Origin: Promethearchaeota archaeon
Lineage (GTDB): Archaea; Asgardarchaeota; Lokiarchaeia; Sigyniarchaeales; SOKP01
Direction of reading: 5' to 3'
Length of the DNA stretch: 11,181 nucleotides
Assembly: GCA_048941015.1 (NCBI GenBank)
Contig: JBHLNZ010000093.1
Coordinates: forward strand, 1 to 11,181
A program made the translations under genes and the position numbers. Positions 7,940 through 11,181 of the stretch are shown here, in pieces. Under the pieces are notes generated by a model that worked only from the letters and a program-made list of their open reading frames with translations, searched no databases and was not told where the DNA came from. Each line of letters begins with the position of its first letter. Positions within the stretch are counted from its first letter, which is position 1.

Positions 7940-9145
7940 ATGTGCGATACATATGTTAGTTTAGCAACTTCTTCTAAGGAAGGCAATGTTATATTCGGAA
8001 AAAATAGTGATAGATTAGAATCCGAAGCTCAATTAATTACATATGCACCACGTAAGTCATATTCTAAAGGTGACCAATTAAAGTGTACCCATATTTCAAT
8101 ACCTCAAGTATCAGAAACTGCATCGATTCTCCTATCACAACCATATTGGATGTGGGGTGCAGAAATGGGTTGTAATGAATATGGTGTAGCTATAGGTAAT
8201 GAAGCTGTGCCAACTAAAGAACCTTTGAATGAATCAGGATTACTTGGTATGGATCTTTTAAGGTTAGGCCTTGAACGTGGAAAAACAGCAAAAGGAGCAC
8301 TACAAGTTATAACTAATTTAATAGAAAAATACGGTCAAGGTGGAGCTCACAATAAAAAAGGTATGAATTACCATAACTCATATTTAATCGCAGATCCGAA
8401 GGAAGCTTATGTATTAGAAACTGCAGGAGAATGGTGGATCGTTGAAATTGTTAAGGAACATCGTTCAATTTCTAATCATATTTCCATTAGAGGAAAAGGT
8501 GATCTAAGGCGAAAAGGGATTATACAACATGCAATTGAAAAAAATTATTGTAAAAATAAGGATGATTTTGATTTTAAGTTAATATTTTCTCCTTCACCAT
8601 TACCGGAAGTATTTCCAATTACAGAAAGGGATGGTTGTTCGCTCAATCAATTAAATACAAATAAAGGAAATATAACTCCTTCATTATTGATGGATTTCTT
8701 AAGAGAACATGACGTAGGAATATGTTTACACCTACGGAGTGATCAATCTGTTGGATCTCAAGTATCTCTCCTAAGACAGGGTAAAAATAAATCAATACAT
8801 TGGTTTACTGGCAGCACAATTCCGTGTTTAGGAATTTTCAAACCATATGTATTTCCTGTAGATGAGCAAAAAGTATTAGAACCAGGACCTTACAAAAATA
8901 TTAATTACGATTGGTTTTGGAGTAGACATGCTAAATTCATTAACCGATATAAGAAAAAACCTAAAATAGATAATGCTGAAAGAAATTCTTATTATGAAAA
9001 ATTAAGAATAGTTGAGAGAGAATTACTTCAAAAGGTAGATAATGTGTTAAAGCAAGAAGATTCTATTCCTGAGAATGAATTCACCAAAAAAATTACAGAA
9101 ATAAATAATTATGGTTGGAAGAAGTCCGAAGAGTTGATCTCTTAA
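7940..9145 (+). CDS. Secernin-like peptidase C69 family Ntn-hydrolase, paralog A (401 aa; start corrected from 7820 to the ATG at 7940)
   Basis: MCDT N-terminus (Cys2 Ntn nucleophile position), IFGKNSDR, LKCT, LSQPYWMWGAEMGCNEYGVAIGNEAV, LLGMDLLRLGLERG, YHNSYLIADPKEAYVLETAG, SISN, FTGS..PC..FKP. The 40-codon extension from 7820 is AT-rich promoter sequence and is absent from paralog B. Confidence 0.92.
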   Translation: MCDTYVSLATSSKEGNVIFGKNSDRLESEAQLITYAPRKSYSKGDQLKCTHISIPQVSETASILLSQPYWMWGAEMGCNEYGVAIGNEAVPTKEPLNESGLLGMDLLRLGLERGKTAKGALQVITNLIEKYGQGGAHNKKGMNYHNSYLIADPKEAYVLETAGEWWIVEIVKEHRSISNHISIRGKGDLRRKGIIQHAIEKNYCKNKDDFDFKLIFSPSPLPEVFPITERDGCSLNQLNTNKGNITPSLLMDFLREHDVGICLHLRSDQSVGSQVSLLRQGKNKSIHWFTGSTIPCLGIFKPYVFPVDEQKVLEPGPYKNINYDWFWSRHAKFINRYKKKPKIDNAERNSYYEKLRIVERELLQKVDNVLKQEDSIPENEFTKKITEINNYGWKKSEELIS

Positions 9146-10351
9146 ATGTGTGATACATTTGTAGCTTTAAGTAACTCTACAAATGATGGAAGTGTTATTT
9201 TTGGAAAAAATAGTGATAGACCTAATAATGAAGTACAATTAATAACCTATGCTCCAAAAATTAAACACTCTAAGAATGAGAATTTGAAATGTACTTACCT
9301 TTCTATGCCTCAAGTTTTAGAGACTAATGCAATACTTTTAAGTCAACCATGGTGGATGTGGGGAGCTGAAATGGGTTGCAATGAACATGGTGTTGTCATT
9401 GGTAATGAAGCTGTGCAAACTCTTGAGTCATTAAGAAACACAGGATTGTTAGGTATGGATCTTCTAAGATTAGGACTTGAAAGGGGAAATTCAGCAGTAA
9501 AAGCGGTAGAAATTATTACCAACCTAATAGAAACATATCATCAAGGAGGTGGATGTGCATATAATGATTCTAGTTGGAAATATCATAATTCCTTCATCAT
9601 AGCGGATCCAAAAGAAGCTTATGTCCTTGAAACTGCAGATGATTGGTGGATTGTAGAATCAGTTAAAGATGTCAGATCTATCTCGAATTCTATCTCAATT
9701 AGAGGCAAAGGAGACATGAGGCGAAATGGTATTATTCAGTATGCTATAGAGAAGGGATATTGTAAAGACGATGATGAATTTGATTTTGCAATAACTTTTT
9801 CTGGTTCTATTATTCCTGACTATAAATCCCCCTTTTCGAGAGGTGGAAAATCAGAGCTTTTGTTAGATAAATATAAAGGAGAAATCACTGTAAAATTAAT
9901 GATGGAATTTCTCCGAGAACATGAAGCTGGAATATGTATGCATGGTGGGTTTGAGTCAACAGGATCTCAAGTTTCGCAATTAAAAGAAAACAATAATTGT
10001 TCAATTCATTGGTTTACAGGAAGCACTCTTCCATGTTTAAGTAATTTTAAACCTTATGTTTTTCCCGCTAATGATTTTCATATTCTAAAACCAGGTCCAT
10101 ACTCTCAAATTAAGAAAGAATGGTATTGGGTAAAGCATAAAAATTTTATTAAAACCTATGATTATAACATCAAAGAAAGTTATATTTCTGAATTTAAAAG
10201 TATTGAACTTAATACATTGAAGGATATTGATGAAGTTATTAAGAATTTATGTGGAAAAAACAAGGAAAAATTCCAAAATAAAATAAAAGAAATATTTGAA
10301 AAAAGCAGAGAAAGAGAAATAAAAACTTTTGAATGTGGAAATTCAAACTAA
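9146..10351 (+). CDS. Secernin-like peptidase C69 family Ntn-hydrolase, paralog B (401 aa)
   Basis: MCDTFVAL, IFGKNSDRP, LKCTY, WMWGAEMGCNEHGVVIGNEAV, LLGMDLLRLGLERG, QGGGC, YHNSFIIAD, ICMH, FTGSTLPC..FKP. The ATG immediately follows the TAA of paralog A. Confidence 0.93.
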   Translation: MCDTFVALSNSTNDGSVIFGKNSDRPNNEVQLITYAPKIKHSKNENLKCTYLSMPQVLETNAILLSQPWWMWGAEMGCNEHGVVIGNEAVQTLESLRNTGLLGMDLLRLGLERGNSAVKAVEIITNLIETYHQGGGCAYNDSSWKYHNSFIIADPKEAYVLETADDWWIVESVKDVRSISNSISIRGKGDMRRNGIIQYAIEKGYCKDDDEFDFAITFSGSIIPDYKSPFSRGGKSELLLDKYKGEITVKLMMEFLREHEAGICMHGGFESTGSQVSQLKENNNCSIHWFTGSTLPCLSNFKPYVFPANDFHILKPGPYSQIKKEWYWVKHKNFIKTYDYNIKESYISEFKSIELNTLKDIDEVIKNLCGKNKEKFQNKIKEIFEKSREREIKTFECGNSN

Positions 10352-10356
10352 TTAAT

Positions 10357-11181
10357 TTATTTCATTAATTTAAACATTTCTTTCTCAATATAATATCCAC
10401 ATAGAGGGCTGAAACTTGGAGTAACCTCATATCCTCCCTCTTCAGTATATTCTTTCAATGTAAATAAATAAGCAATCCAATCTTGTGCATTTTGAAAAAT
10501 GAATGTATTTTTACTTCCTGTTGCAGACTTTCTGAGCAACTTATTTCCAATAGATGTAAATAATTCTCCAGGAATAGTCAATATACTAAGTTTTTTCTTC
10601 GATAAATTAGATTTTACTTGAATTATAACATGTTGGATAATAGTTTTACATTTATAGCTAAAAAATCGATATTTAAATTGAAAAATTGGAAAGTTTGAGT
10701 TAACTAATTGATATTTTGCGACATTAATAAGCAGAATTTTCTTAATTACTTGAATTAATTTATTTGTGAACCATTTTTTAGAGAAGTATCTGGCATCTTT
10801 CATCGGAATCCACAATTCTTTTGTGAGAATTTTAAAATCCATAGAACTATAAAACTCATTATCAGAGATAGAATTAATTAATTTTAAAGCTTCTTCTGCA
10901 ATAGTATAACCTATTTCTCTTGTGTGTTCATAGGTACCTAGTTGATCATATATTTGATTTCTATCAGATTCTCCTTCTTTTTGACTCCTATAAGTAGTAA
11001 TTGGATTAAGATTGCCTGATGGTCCATTAAAATAAATGGCTTCTACTTCTCCATTGGTTAAATTTTTTATACGATGAATTATGCGCCCAGGATAATCTGC
11101 TGACAACTTATTGTTTAAATAAGAAAGTGTTGTTGGATGACAAGCATAATTGATAATACATCCTATTATTCTGTTTGTTTC
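10357..11181 (-). CDS. Neutral/alkaline non-lysosomal ceramidase family protein, 5'-truncated by the window edge
   Basis: The frame stays open beyond the listed TTG at 11106 up to position 11181. Manual translation gives ETNRIIGCIINYACHPTTLSYLNNKLSADYPG. NYACHPT, SADYPG, FNGPSGNLNP, IPGELFT, QDWIAY and GGYE match the ceramidase-family motif series. Confidence 0.85.
   Translation of the reverse strand, partial: ETNRIIGCIINYACHPTTLSYLNNKLSADYPGRIIHRIKNLTNGEVEAIYFNGPSGNLNPITTYRSQKEGESDRNQIYDQLGTYEHTREIGYTIAEEALKLINSISDNEFYSSMDFKILTKELWIPMKDARYFSKKWFTNKLIQVIKKILLINVAKYQLVNSNFPIFQFKYRFFSYKCKTIIQHVIIQVKSNLSKKKLSILTIPGELFTSIGNKLLRKSATGSKNTFIFQNAQDWIAYLFTLKEYTEEGGYEVTPSFSPLCGYYIEKEMFKLMK

Noticed and set aside
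7997-9220. Short identical DNA blocks (e.g. GGAAAAAATAGTGATAGA) occurring twice
   Set aside because: Explained by conserved coding motifs (GKNSDR) in the two paralogs; not a CRISPR, IS end or assembly duplication.
10330-10351. C-terminal Cys of secernin B (ECGNSN) as a CaaX prenylation signal
   Set aside because: The Cys is fifth from the end and is not followed by aliphatic residues.
11104-11106. Listed TTG start of the 249-aa ORF
   Set aside because: The frame is open to the window edge and the conserved NYACHPT motif lies upstream, so the gene is 5'-truncated.

Overview
AT-rich (roughly 25-30% GC by eye), densely coding window that looks archaeal. The gene mix, long lineage-specific insertions, TTG starts and TATA-like promoters suggest an Asgard/Lokiarchaeia-like chromosome; this is an inference, with no marker gene present. 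From left to right: an unknown multi-pass membrane protein (-) divergent from an Fe-S XPD/Rad3 helicase (+); an MFS transporter (-) directly downstream of a long GT5 glycogen synthase (-); an N-acyl-D-amino-acid deacylase (-) divergent from two tandem secernin-like (peptidase C69, Ntn-hydrolase) paralogs (+) joined TAA-ATG with no gap; and the 3' part of a neutral-ceramidase-family protein (-) that runs off the right edge. No RNA genes, CRISPR arrays or mobile elements were seen. The most interesting element is the right-hand cluster of four amide-bond hydrolases from three unrelated families, with operator-like palindromes in the divergent promoter region.
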